Assembly (NCBI GenBank): GCA_964540205.1
Contig: CAZIMJ010000011.1
Location: 1 to 54,679 of the forward strand
Reading direction: 5' to 3'
Length of the DNA: 54,679 bases
DNA from: an uncultured Eubacteriales bacterium
GTDB lineage: Bacteria; Acidobacteriota; Aminicenantia; Aminicenantales; Aminicenantaceae
In this document: positions 1 to 8,431 of the stretch, one piece after another
Layout: every line of letters begins with the position of its first letter
Position numbering within the stretch: the stretch's first letter is position 1
Made by a program: the position numbers and the translations under genes
The notes under the pieces: generated by a model
Told to the model about the DNA's origin: nothing
Databases searched by the model: none
The model's input: only the letters and a program-made list of their open reading frames with translations

Positions 1-46
1 TCCAGGTTTAGCTAAAAGCTATAAGTTATCGACTGACACTAAAGGG
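1..46. repeat. 46-bp exact direct repeat, copy 1 (copy 2 at 503-548)
   Basis: TCCAGGTTTAGCTAAAAGCTATAAGTTATCGACTGACACTAAAGGG occurs identically at 1-46 and 503-548; copy 1 may be truncated by the window edge. Confidence 0.95.
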
Positions 47-53
47 GAAAAAA

Positions 54-479
54 ATGGGAGTTTCAATTCCTGGTAAAGACGCCGGCGCTGTTCAATCAGA
101 ACCTAATGTCGTTCCTCTCTGTGATGTTCTTCTTGTTCTTCTCATCATCTTTATGGTTGTGACACCACTCGTTCAAAAAGGAGTTGATGTCCGACTTCCT
201 ACCGCCCTCAACACCATAGACATGCCTGAAAATCCGGAAGTCATCCTGCACATCAGAAAAGACGGTGCCCTCTACTTGAACGAAGAGCAGGTCCAGATGG
301 ACAGTCTCGCGGTTCTATTGGAAGATGCCTTTTTGGCTGCTAGCGATAAAAAACTCTACCTGAGAGCTGATCAAGAGCTTGAGTACGGCAGCGTCGTGGA
401 TATCATCGAGATTATGAAGGACGCAGGCGTAGAGATCGTAGGCATTATCGCGGATAAGAAAACAGAAAGAATCGATTAG
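54..479 (+). CDS. exbD: Biopolymer transporter ExbD/TolR
   Basis: N-terminal NVVPLCDVLLVLLIIFMV transmembrane motif with conserved Asp; C-terminal LYLRADQELEYGSVV motif. Confidence 0.93.
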   Translation: MGVSIPGKDAGAVQSEPNVVPLCDVLLVLLIIFMVVTPLVQKGVDVRLPTALNTIDMPENPEVILHIRKDGALYLNEEQVQMDSLAVLLEDAFLAASDKKLYLRADQELEYGSVVDIIEIMKDAGVEIVGIIADKKTERID

Positions 480-502
480 GGGTACTTCAGCACCTATACA
501 AT

Positions 503-548
503 TCCAGGTTTAGCTAAAAGCTATAAGTTATCGACTGACACTAAAGGG
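503..548. repeat. 46-bp exact direct repeat, copy 2
   Basis: Identical to 1-46; overlaps the 3' end of the SPL-like gene. Confidence 0.95.
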
Positions 549-1634
549 TAAGGAAAGATAATTTTCAACATCTTCCTTACCCTTTGGTTCTTTTTTTAGG
601 ACTTTTTTCCAAACTTCCCCACTCTCCATACAAAAGTACACGGGTATTTCTTTGCCTGTTTTCCTTAGAAATATGACGAAGTTCTTGTAAAGCTGGATAC
701 GGAGAGGCTTAAAATAACGGAATTTCCCGTCTTTCCCGCGGATGAGCTCTTCATATAAAATTCGGCTTTGAGGGAACCTTTTTGAGATGACCTCTTTGAG
801 AGGGGGAGGAAACCTCAGGCTACCCAAGCTGATCCAGGCTATTTTCTGCGCATCAATTTTTGTGAGCATCTGATCCACAACTTGGGCATAACCCTCTTCC
901 CATCCGGGATAGCGAATGATGGGATCAAAGTGAAACGCAACCCTGTACCCTCTCTTCATGACCGAATGAGCGGCCTCCAATCTCTCCGCAACGGATGGAG
1001 CTCCTTTTTCCTCCTCTTGAGCGATCTTTTCGGAGTTGAGAGACCAGGCGATGATAATGTTCTCAGAGGGAGGACTCTCAAGCACATTGGAGATGTTCGT
1101 GGTTTTTGTCTTGAACTCAAAGAGCACATTTTTTTTCTCTTTAAAATAACCGAGCATTTCTTTGGAACGATCCGTAAGGTGGTCCAACACCAAGGAATCC
1201 CCCAATTCTCCCGTACCGATGCGGATGATGTGGTGATGGTGTTTAGACAGGAAGAGATCCATTTGACGCCACAGGTGCTCAGTGTTGACATGGACAGTGA
1301 TCAATGGATTATCCAGATAATTTTGGAGAATGCAGTATGTACAATCCAGGGGGCAGTTGAGATCCGTGTTGATGATGAAATAATTACACCCGACATATCC
1401 CGGCGTGCAGGGGCAGGGTTTCACAAACACACCTCTTTGTTGGGTAATGAGAAGAGTCTTTTTTCCTGAAAGGAGAGGATCTCTCCTGGTACCGAAATCG
1501 GCGATCAGGTCTTGATCATTCTCAATAATCTCAGATGGAATATGGCTTGTCCTTCCCAGGATCTTTTCTGTGAGGGGAAAATTGAGGCTTTTCTTTTGGA
1601 TGAATATCTTTTCCGGGAAATAGGGATCACTCAT
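528..1634 (-). CDS. Spore photoproduct lyase family radical SAM protein
   Basis: CxxxCxxC (CPLDCTYC), DSLVLDHLT, EFKTKT, AWSLN, ERLEAA, HFDPII, GKFRY and YFCME motifs typical of the SplB-like family. Confidence 0.88.
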   Translation of the reverse strand: MSDPYFPEKIFIQKKSLNFPLTEKILGRTSHIPSEIIENDQDLIADFGTRRDPLLSGKKTLLITQQRGVFVKPCPCTPGYVGCNYFIINTDLNCPLDCTYCILQNYLDNPLITVHVNTEHLWRQMDLFLSKHHHHIIRIGTGELGDSLVLDHLTDRSKEMLGYFKEKKNVLFEFKTKTTNISNVLESPPSENIIIAWSLNSEKIAQEEEKGAPSVAERLEAAHSVMKRGYRVAFHFDPIIRYPGWEEGYAQVVDQMLTKIDAQKIAWISLGSLRFPPPLKEVISKRFPQSRILYEELIRGKDGKFRYFKPLRIQLYKNFVIFLRKTGKEIPVYFCMESGEVWKKVLKKEPKGKEDVENYLSLPFSVSR

Positions 1635-2598
1635 CTTTTTTTACCGGCGAAAATTTCAACAGCCGCGAGATCTTCTCATCCGAAGCCATTTGGTTGAGCT
1701 TGGTCAGCTTCTTCCGGTACTCGTCCAAATCTTTAAAAGTGAAATGAACCGTGAACTCTTCTCCCTCAAAAAACGGGGACGGTTCTATTATTATATCATT
1801 CGGCCATTCCAGGTCTTTTTTCTGGGATTTGAACGTGTCTTTCCAAGTCGAAAGTGTAGGATACCTTTTTCTCTGGATCAGGTTTCTGATCTTCTCGGCT
1901 TTTTGGAATAGTGAGAGATTTTGGTCAGAGGCAATTCTTTGAACATCCTCGCCAGTGAGGACATTTTGGACGGAAATACGATCTCTTTTGGCGATCTCCA
2001 AAAGGTTCTGCAGGAGCTCTCTCTGTTTGTTCTGTCCCAAAGGATGGAGGAAAGACAGGAGGAGACACCGTTCCTCTTCGCTGTACTCGGTCAAAAGCTG
2101 TACGACAGGAAATACCATGTTCTTTGAATGGATGGCTGTCTTTGTCTCAGAGTCTAGAGCAGCGATGCGAAGGTAGGTGTCCAAATGATTCAGCGTCTGC
2201 GGAATTTCCAGACGGAACAAGTAGTCTTTAACAACACCATATTCAGGGATACCCAATTGGATCAGCCGACTCAGGATCTGGGCTTTTTCAAGAAGCGTGA
2301 AAGGCCTGAATGCCAAATTTTCTTCCAGGCCCAATCGGAATGCCTCAAGGTCGTCTTGGCTCTCAAAAACAAAACACTGGATGGAGGGCAGGTCAAGGCT
2401 TTGACAGGCCAGAACTCTCTTCCAGCCTGTCACAATGATGGGATCGCCATCTCTATAAGTGATGACAGGTGAGTGGATGAGGCCGATCTTTGAGATTGAA
2501 TGAATGAGCGCAAAGAGATCGAAATAGCACGAAATGCGGAATCTCTCGTCCTGGATATTTATTGTATTCAGCTTGATATTCTCTGATCTCATGGACAA
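1627..2598 (-). CDS. ParB N-terminal (ParB/Srx) domain protein
   Basis: SISKIGLIHSPV...IVTGWKRVLAC (GxxRxxA-like box), EENL, followed by helical region; overlaps the SPL-like gene by 8 bp; TTG start, alternative ATG at 2592. Confidence 0.8.
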   Translation of the reverse strand: MSMRSENIKLNTINIQDERFRISCYFDLFALIHSISKIGLIHSPVITYRDGDPIIVTGWKRVLACQSLDLPSIQCFVFESQDDLEAFRLGLEENLAFRPFTLLEKAQILSRLIQLGIPEYGVVKDYLFRLEIPQTLNHLDTYLRIAALDSETKTAIHSKNMVFPVVQLLTEYSEEERCLLLSFLHPLGQNKQRELLQNLLEIAKRDRISVQNVLTGEDVQRIASDQNLSLFQKAEKIRNLIQRKRYPTLSTWKDTFKSQKKDLEWPNDIIIEPSPFFEGEEFTVHFTFKDLDEYRKKLTKLNQMASDEKISRLLKFSPVKKDE

Positions 2599-2653
2599 TA
2601 TTGTATCTCATTGTATGATATGATTCTATAGGTTTAGAGCTCCGACCAATGAT

Positions 2654-2767
2654 GCAGGGTCCACTCCCCGAGCGAGCCGCAAAAAGGGGACAGGCTGCTT
2701 TTTACAGGGGTAATTAAAAAAGCAGCCTGTCCCCTTTTTTTTGTAGAGTCCGTTTCCCAAACGGACC
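2654..2767 (+). repeat. GTAG-type REP copies (degenerate 2654-2678; 2743-2767) flanking a 59-bp inverted-repeat element
   Basis: GCAGGGTCCACTCCCCGAGCGAGCC and GTAGAGTCCGTTTCCCAAACGGACC resemble the copies at 5.6-5.8 kb and 54.4-54.5 kb. Confidence 0.75.
2681..2739. repeat. ~58-bp inverted-repeat element, copy 1
   Basis: AAAAAGGGGACAGGCTGCTTTTT...AAAAAGCAGCCTGTCCCCTTTTT perfect 23-bp arms; near-identical copy at 7027-7083 in opposite orientation. Confidence 0.9.
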
Positions 2768-2835
2768 AAATAAATAATCAATAATATTCACTATTGTAAT
2801 GAACATCTATTTTTGTTATCTATTCTTCGAAAGTT

Positions 2836-3549
2836 ATGAAAAGCAAAAAAGACGAAGGAATCATCAAGCCTCAACCTATTAAAGGTTTCGACCAAAGGAC
2901 AGTCATGTATATTCCTGTGGATCTGCCTTCCCTTACGATCCAGAAGGTTCTCAAAAAAAGAGCGAAGAAGACAAAGATAACACCATTAGGCCAGTTGTAT
3001 GGTTTTGAAAATAGAGCTGTCCTCTCTCAATGTGTAGGGGCCCCTCTTGCCGTTCTGACACTGGAGAGGTTGATCGCATCGGGCGCACAGGAGATAATCA
3101 TCCTTGGCTTCTGCGGGGCGCTCGATGAGCATACAGACATTGGAGAGGCTGTGAGCGTTACAGAAGCCGCCTCCGAGGAGGGCACTTCCAAACATTATTT
3201 TCCTAGAAAAAGGTTCTTTCGGGCATCTTCACGCCTAAAAGCCAGAGTTGAAAACACCCTCTCAGAGCAAAGGCTTTCTTTTGTGAACGGCTCTGTGGTA
3301 TCTACAGATGCACCCTTTCGAGAAACACAGTCATGGTTAGATCGGAATCGGGCCAGGAGCATCGGTTTTGTGGACATGGAGACATCGGCTGTTTTTGCTT
3401 TAGCGGATTTTTATGGTATCCAGGCCGCAGCGCTGCATCTGGTGAGCGACCAGCTCACCCCTTCTTCCCATCGAAAGGAATTTCACTCGCTAAATCTTAC
3501 ACGTCATATCCAAAAGTATTTTTTCCCATTTATCGATCCGGGAATGTAA
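2836..3549 (+). CDS. Nucleoside phosphorylase (PNP/UDP family 1)
   Basis: GAP..LE.L, LGFCGAL, EEGTSKHY, STDAPFRET, VDMETSA, LVSD motifs. Confidence 0.88.
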   Translation: MKSKKDEGIIKPQPIKGFDQRTVMYIPVDLPSLTIQKVLKKRAKKTKITPLGQLYGFENRAVLSQCVGAPLAVLTLERLIASGAQEIIILGFCGALDEHTDIGEAVSVTEAASEEGTSKHYFPRKRFFRASSRLKARVENTLSEQRLSFVNGSVVSTDAPFRETQSWLDRNRARSIGFVDMETSAVFALADFYGIQAAALHLVSDQLTPSSHRKEFHSLNLTRHIQKYFFPFIDPGM

Positions 3550-3602
3550 GGATGATTCTCTAAATCGATAAAGCTTATATCTATGGGAACGAGGTGAATG
3601 AG

Positions 3603-4562
3603 ATGAAGCCAAAGGTCTTTGTTACGCATAGATTGCTGCCCGAAGCCATCGCATATTTGAAGGAGCATGTTGACCTCGAGATCGGAACGCAGGAGGCTTT
3701 TCTGGCAAAAGAGGAGCTTATAGAAAAAGTGAAAGACAAGGAGGGGATCCTGCCTCTCCTCACGGCTCCCATTGACAAAGACGTCATGGATGCCGCCCCC
3801 ACGTTAAAGATCATCGCCAACTGCGCTGTCGGATACGACAACATCGACATCGAATATGCCAGGAAGAAGGGCATTATGGTGACCAACACACCAGGAGTTT
3901 TGACGGAGACGACGGCTGACCTCTCCTGGGCGCTCATTCTCGCTGTGGCCCGTAAAATTCCGCAGGCCAATGCGTTTGCGAGAGCAAAGAAATACCTGGG
4001 CTGGGAGCTCGACCTGTTCCTAGGTAAAGAGATCACAGGAAAATGTCTGGGAATTATCGGCATGGGCCGTATCGGGAAAGCGATGGCCCAGAGAGCAATG
4101 GGATTCCAGATGATGATCATCTACACAGACCCAAAAGAACTCCCGGAAGAGGACAAGCAGAAATACAACGCATCTTGTGTTCCTCTGGATGAGTTGCTTC
4201 GAACGGCTGATATCGTTACGATCCATACAACACTCAATCCTCAGACGCATCACCTCATATCTCGGGAAAAGCTCCGATGGATGAAAAAAGACGCTATCCT
4301 GGTGAATGTATCTCGGGGCTCTGTGGTCGATGAGTTGGCATTAGCCGAAGCTTTGGAGGAGGGACAAATTTGGGCGGCCGGCCTGGACGTGTACGAAAGA
4401 GAACCGGAGATCGAGGAGAGGCTGCTCTCCCTGGACAATGTTGTGCTATTGCCCCACATAGGGAGCGCCACCTATGAAACACGGCTGAAAATGGCCAAGA
4501 TGGCTGCGAAAAACCTCATCCAGGGATTATCCGGACAAAAGCCGGACAATCTTGTTTCTTAA
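3603..4562 (+). CDS. D-2-hydroxyacid dehydrogenase (glyoxylate reductase/D-glycerate dehydrogenase, GyaR-like)
   Basis: AVGYDNID, NTPGVLTETTAD, GIIGMGRIG Rossmann motif, NVSRG, GLDVYERE, LPHIGSAT; SD GAGGTG favours ATG 3603 over GTG 3594. Confidence 0.92.
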   Translation: MKPKVFVTHRLLPEAIAYLKEHVDLEIGTQEAFLAKEELIEKVKDKEGILPLLTAPIDKDVMDAAPTLKIIANCAVGYDNIDIEYARKKGIMVTNTPGVLTETTADLSWALILAVARKIPQANAFARAKKYLGWELDLFLGKEITGKCLGIIGMGRIGKAMAQRAMGFQMMIIYTDPKELPEEDKQKYNASCVPLDELLRTADIVTIHTTLNPQTHHLISREKLRWMKKDAILVNVSRGSVVDELALAEALEEGQIWAAGLDVYEREPEIEERLLSLDNVVLLPHIGSATYETRLKMAKMAAKNLIQGLSGQKPDNLVS

Positions 4563-4574
4563 ATGTCGGGACTG

Positions 4575-5450
4575 TTAACTTTTGTTTTTTACTTCCTCAG
4601 AGAGAGGCTCGTTCATACTCCCTGTTCTGTATCCCGCCAAATCCAGTGTCACGTATGCATAACCCAGCTTCTTGAGATTCTCAACAATCTTCTCTCTGAG
4701 GCTTGGTTCCAAAAGTCTGTGGACTGCTTCCGAATCAACCTCCACTCTTGCAATCTGGTCGTGATGTCTCACTCTGACCTGAGAAAAACCCAATGACCAT
4801 AAATATTCTTCAGCCTTAGCCACCCGCTCAAGACTTGCCTTGTCGATCTCAGAATTGTACGGGAATCGGGAGGCCAGACAGGCCAGGGATGGCTTATTCC
4901 AGGTGGAAAGATCCATCTGTTTGGACAACGCTCGAATTTCCTCTTTTCCCAATCCCACTTCTTTCAAAGGAGACTTGATACCCAATTCCTCACATGCCAG
5001 CAGACCTGGCCTATAATCACCCATGTCATCAAAATTGGAACCATCAAGGACAAATGAAAGCCCCTTTTTTGCGGCGATCTCCTTCAAGCGGGAAAACAGC
5101 TCTGTTTTGCAATGATAACATCTATCCGGAGGATTGTTCGAAAAATCAGGATTATCCAACTCCCGTGTGCGGATGACCGTATGAGGGATATTCAGTTTTT
5201 TGGCAAGTTCGATGGCCCCCTGCGTTTCTTTCTTCGGATAAGACTCAGAGGAGGCGATGACGGCGAAAATCTGATCCCCCAGGACATCCTGCGCGACTTT
5301 CACCAAAAACGTACTGTCCACTCCGCCGGAAAAGGCCACGAGAGCACTCCCCATCTCTTGCAGAACAGCTTTAAGTTCGTCATATTTACGCTGTGTTTCT
5401 TCAGGGATATTGTTTTTTCGATCGTTTTTTGCGTTGTTCATCTGCATCAT
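4575..5450 (-). CDS. larE: ATP-dependent sulfur transferase LarE (PP-loop)
   Basis: AFSGGVDS PP-loop, RCYHCK, DYRPG, ACLASRFP, VRVRHH, GYRTGSMN. Confidence 0.93.
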   Translation of the reverse strand: MMQMNNAKNDRKNNIPEETQRKYDELKAVLQEMGSALVAFSGGVDSTFLVKVAQDVLGDQIFAVIASSESYPKKETQGAIELAKKLNIPHTVIRTRELDNPDFSNNPPDRCYHCKTELFSRLKEIAAKKGLSFVLDGSNFDDMGDYRPGLLACEELGIKSPLKEVGLGKEEIRALSKQMDLSTWNKPSLACLASRFPYNSEIDKASLERVAKAEEYLWSLGFSQVRVRHHDQIARVEVDSEAVHRLLEPSLREKIVENLKKLGYAYVTLDLAGYRTGSMNEPLSEEVKNKS

Positions 5451-5605
5451 CCTATTATATTTATAGAATATCTAGAATATGAGAAAAAGGCAAGTTCATC
5501 TTATGCAGGTTAGCATTTACAAATCCCTGTTGATATCATTCCGAGTGATCAGATTACATGATATCAAAAACGAACACAGGAAAAGCAGTGCGGCTCTATT
5601 TCGAT

Positions 5606-5795
5606 GTAGGGACCGTTTCCCAAACGGTCCGTTCAGGGAACGGACCCTACAAAGAAAAATACCATGCCCCTCCAGCCCTTCTCACGGTTTTTCCCATCAC
5701 ACAATCTGGTCACTCAATAGCGTCATTGAGTATTCATGACAACACGAATTTGGAAATACATCTATTTATCGGTCAGTTCGGGGAGCTGACCCTAC
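5606..5795. repeat. Cluster of three GTAG-type REP hairpins (5606-5630 +, 5626-5650 -, 5771-5795 -)
   Basis: GTAGGGACCGTTTCCCAAACGGTCC; GGTCCGTTCAGGGAACGGACCCTAC; GGTCAGTTCGGGGAGCTGACCCTAC: each is a GTAG tetranucleotide plus an 8-9 bp hairpin. Confidence 0.85.
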
Positions 5796-5808
5796 ATTCA
5801 TCACCATT

Positions 5809-6903
5809 TTATGTTTTACGTTCTACGTAGCTAAGTACTTCGGTGATGAACTCCGGGACGATCTCATCTTCTTTCAAACGCCGGTGCAACTTCCCCTTTT
5901 TGAAAACCACTCCCACTCCCCTGCCACAAGCCAAACCGATATCAGCCTCCTTGGCTTCTCCGGGACCGTTCACCATACAACCCATCACGGCCACTGTGAT
6001 ATTTGCCTTGACCGAAGAGAGCTCCTTCTCGATCTCACTGGCTATGTTCACAAAGTCAACTTCACATCTTCCACAGATAGGACAGGATATGATGTTCGGC
6101 CCAAAAGATCGGATCCCCAAGCTTGATAGGATGAGATATGCGATCCTGACCTCCTCCTCGGGTGGAGCAGTGAGCGAAACACGAAGAGTATCGACGAGCC
6201 CCTCCCGCAATAACAGTGCCATACCTGCAGAAGATTTTACCGTTCCCGAGACTATACTCCCGGCCTCAGTAATTCCTGCATGAAAAGGATAGTCGACTTT
6301 CTCCGCCATCAACTGGTAAGCTTTTACGGTCCGGAAGATGTCTGACGCTTTGAGAGAGATCTTAATCAGATCAAACCCCAGATCCTCAAGGATCCGCACA
6401 TGCCGCATGGCACTCTCGACCATCGCTTCCGGAGTCGCTTCCCCATATTTCTGGAGAAGAGCTTTTTCAAGGGAACCCGAGTTCACGCCGATTCTTATGG
6501 GGACTGATCTCTCCAGAGCAGAAAGGACCACTTCTTTCACTTTTTTATTGGAGCCGATATTCCCGGGATTGATTCGCAATCCTTCCACCCCGGCGTCCAG
6601 GGCGGCTAATGCCAATGTGTGGTCAAAATGGATATCCGCTATGAGGGGAATAGAAACACGCTTTTTGATCTTGCGGAGTGCATGTGCTGCGTCTTCATCG
6701 GGAACTGCCAGGCGGATGATCTCACAACCGGCCTCCTCCATCCTTCGGATCTGATTGACAGTATCTGCAACATCCTGTGTGTGTGTCTTGGTCATGGACT
6801 GAACAACGATTGGAGCCTCACCCCCGATCGGCACGTCTCCGATCTTGATCTGCCGCGTTTTTCTGCGTTCAAACTGAAAATCTTTGAGTTCGCAATCACT
6901 CAT
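5809..6903 (-). CDS. ispG: (E)-4-hydroxy-3-methylbut-2-enyl-diphosphate synthase
   Basis: VQSMT, ADIHFD, RINPGNIG, RIGVNSGSLE, SCPICGRC, MGCMVNGPGEA. Confidence 0.98.
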   Translation of the reverse strand: MSDCELKDFQFERRKTRQIKIGDVPIGGEAPIVVQSMTKTHTQDVADTVNQIRRMEEAGCEIIRLAVPDEDAAHALRKIKKRVSIPLIADIHFDHTLALAALDAGVEGLRINPGNIGSNKKVKEVVLSALERSVPIRIGVNSGSLEKALLQKYGEATPEAMVESAMRHVRILEDLGFDLIKISLKASDIFRTVKAYQLMAEKVDYPFHAGITEAGSIVSGTVKSSAGMALLLREGLVDTLRVSLTAPPEEEVRIAYLILSSLGIRSFGPNIISCPICGRCEVDFVNIASEIEKELSSVKANITVAVMGCMVNGPGEAKEADIGLACGRGVGVVFKKGKLHRRLKEDEIVPEFITEVLSYVERKT

Positions 6904-7026
6904 TTTATTTCGTCACTAGCACAAAGACCGCACGATAAGAAACAGACGCCACCACGTCTTAAGCATTTCTTTGGATGCATTGTCACTCTATTATATGCGA
7001 GGTGGATATGTCACACAAGGCAAGAG

Positions 7027-7083
7027 AAAAGGGGACAGGCTGCTTTTTTATTTACCCCTATAAAAAGTAGCCTGTCCCCTTTT
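7027..7083. repeat. ~58-bp inverted-repeat element, copy 2 (may also act as a terminator for rseP)
   Basis: AAAAGGGGACAGGCTGCTTTTT...AAAAAGTAGCCTGTCCCCTTTT; loop is the reverse complement of the copy-1 loop with 2 mismatches; lies 12 bp past the rseP stop. Confidence 0.88.
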
Positions 7084-7095
7084 TTATCCCTTTTT

Positions 7096-8427
7096 CTAAA
7101 ACGGGATCAGGCTGTCCCAGCCGTTCGGAAGTCTTTTGGCGACATCGTTCAGGATGACGAACACGATCAAGACTATAAATATAGCAAAACCGATCTGCAT
7201 CACGATCTGCTTGACCTTCGGGCTGAAATCGCGACGGAAAATGCCTTCCAGCGAGATCACAAGAATCTGTCCACCATCCAGCACAGGAATGGGAAACAGG
7301 TTGATGATACCCAGCTGGAGGCTGATGAGCGCGATCCAGCTCATCATGGCTAAGAGCCCCATACGCAGTGCTGTGTAGGATAAACTGGCGATCTCGATCG
7401 GCCCTCCCAGCTGTCGTGCCGTCGCTTCGCCAGTCACCAGGTCTTTGATGAAATTGATGACAAGGAAGGTCAGGCGCACGTTGTCCCTGACGCTCTGCTT
7501 GAAAGCTGTAAAAAAGCCCAGGCTTTCCTCTTTATATTCGATCACCTGGGCTATCCCTATCTCCCCGACATCTCCTTTGAGTCGAGGAGTAACCGGAATG
7601 TTTAGGAGCTCTTCCCCTCTTCTAATACGAAAATTGAGCTCAACATTTGGATTGTTCTGGATCATCTCCAAAAATTGAAAATAATAGGCAGGTTGGCCTT
7701 CTATCTCGAGAATGACATCGCCCGGCTTCAACCCTGCTTTTTCTGCAGGAGCATCAGGAACGAGCATCTTGATCTCAGTTAAAATTTTCCCGAAAAAGCC
7801 AGCATATCCCATCTCGTGGATGGTTTTGCCCTCGGTCAGAAGATCGACATCAATAATCTCCTCTCCCCTCTTCACTTCGAGCTTGATGGTCCTCTTGGGT
7901 TTTGTGCCGACAGCAAGTTCCACATCACTCCATGTCTTTGTCCTTTGGCCGTCGATACTCAGGATCTCATCGTCAATCTGCAGATCGGTCTTTTCAGCCG
8001 GAGAATCCGGCTCGACCCAACCGATGACCGGTGTTTGACTCTGATAGACTGGGATCGGAGCTCCCACCATGTTGATGGCAGCGACCAGACCGATAGCCAG
8101 CAGTATATTCATGACAGGTCCCATAACGATAGTGAGAAGCCTCTGCCATCTTTTGGCCGCCATAAAATCCCCAGGTTCGACCTCACGTTCTTTCTCATAG
8201 ACGTCTTCACCGGGAAATTTGACATACCCGCCCATGGGGATCAGGCTCACTCTGTAATCCGTATCTCCTTTTTTGAATCCAAAAAGACGCTTACCGTATC
8301 CGAAGGAAAACACATCCACACGAATTCCAACAAGTTTAGCCATAAAAAAATGGCCGAATTCATGAACAAAAACAAGGATGCCAAAAACGATGATAAATGC
8401 TAGTATTGTTCCAAGTACTGATCCCAT
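7096..8427 (-). CDS. rseP: RIP metalloprotease RseP (M50, two PDZ domains)
   Basis: HEFGH zinc motif, IPMGGYV, GPVMN, NLFPIPVLDGG; next to dxr. Confidence 0.97.
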   Translation of the reverse strand: MGSVLGTILAFIIVFGILVFVHEFGHFFMAKLVGIRVDVFSFGYGKRLFGFKKGDTDYRVSLIPMGGYVKFPGEDVYEKEREVEPGDFMAAKRWQRLLTIVMGPVMNILLAIGLVAAINMVGAPIPVYQSQTPVIGWVEPDSPAEKTDLQIDDEILSIDGQRTKTWSDVELAVGTKPKRTIKLEVKRGEEIIDVDLLTEGKTIHEMGYAGFFGKILTEIKMLVPDAPAEKAGLKPGDVILEIEGQPAYYFQFLEMIQNNPNVELNFRIRRGEELLNIPVTPRLKGDVGEIGIAQVIEYKEESLGFFTAFKQSVRDNVRLTFLVINFIKDLVTGEATARQLGGPIEIASLSYTALRMGLLAMMSWIALISLQLGIINLFPIPVLDGGQILVISLEGIFRRDFSPKVKQIVMQIGFAIFIVLIVFVILNDVAKRLPNGWDSLIPF

Positions 8428-8431
8428 GACT

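Noticed and set aside
1627-2598. ParB-like gene as evidence of a plasmid, prophage or chromosome partition locus
   Set aside because: No parA, replication, integrase or phage genes nearby; flanked by housekeeping genes.
5606-5795. Clustered 25-nt palindromic repeats here and at 54376-54514 as a possible CRISPR array
   Set aside because: Mixed orientation, irregular spacing, variant sequences and no cas genes; they fit REPs.
5479-5830. Short ORFs 5479-5739 and 5558-5830 share peptides (CR.RFPNGPF, GQ.GELTLH) with ORF 54277-54522
   Set aside because: The shared peptides are translations of the REP hairpins, not a protein family.
882-8403. Long opposite-strand ORFs (882-1469, 3581-4120, 6619-7353, 7816-8403)
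   Set aside because: Antisense shadows of well-supported genes, with no recognisable motifs.
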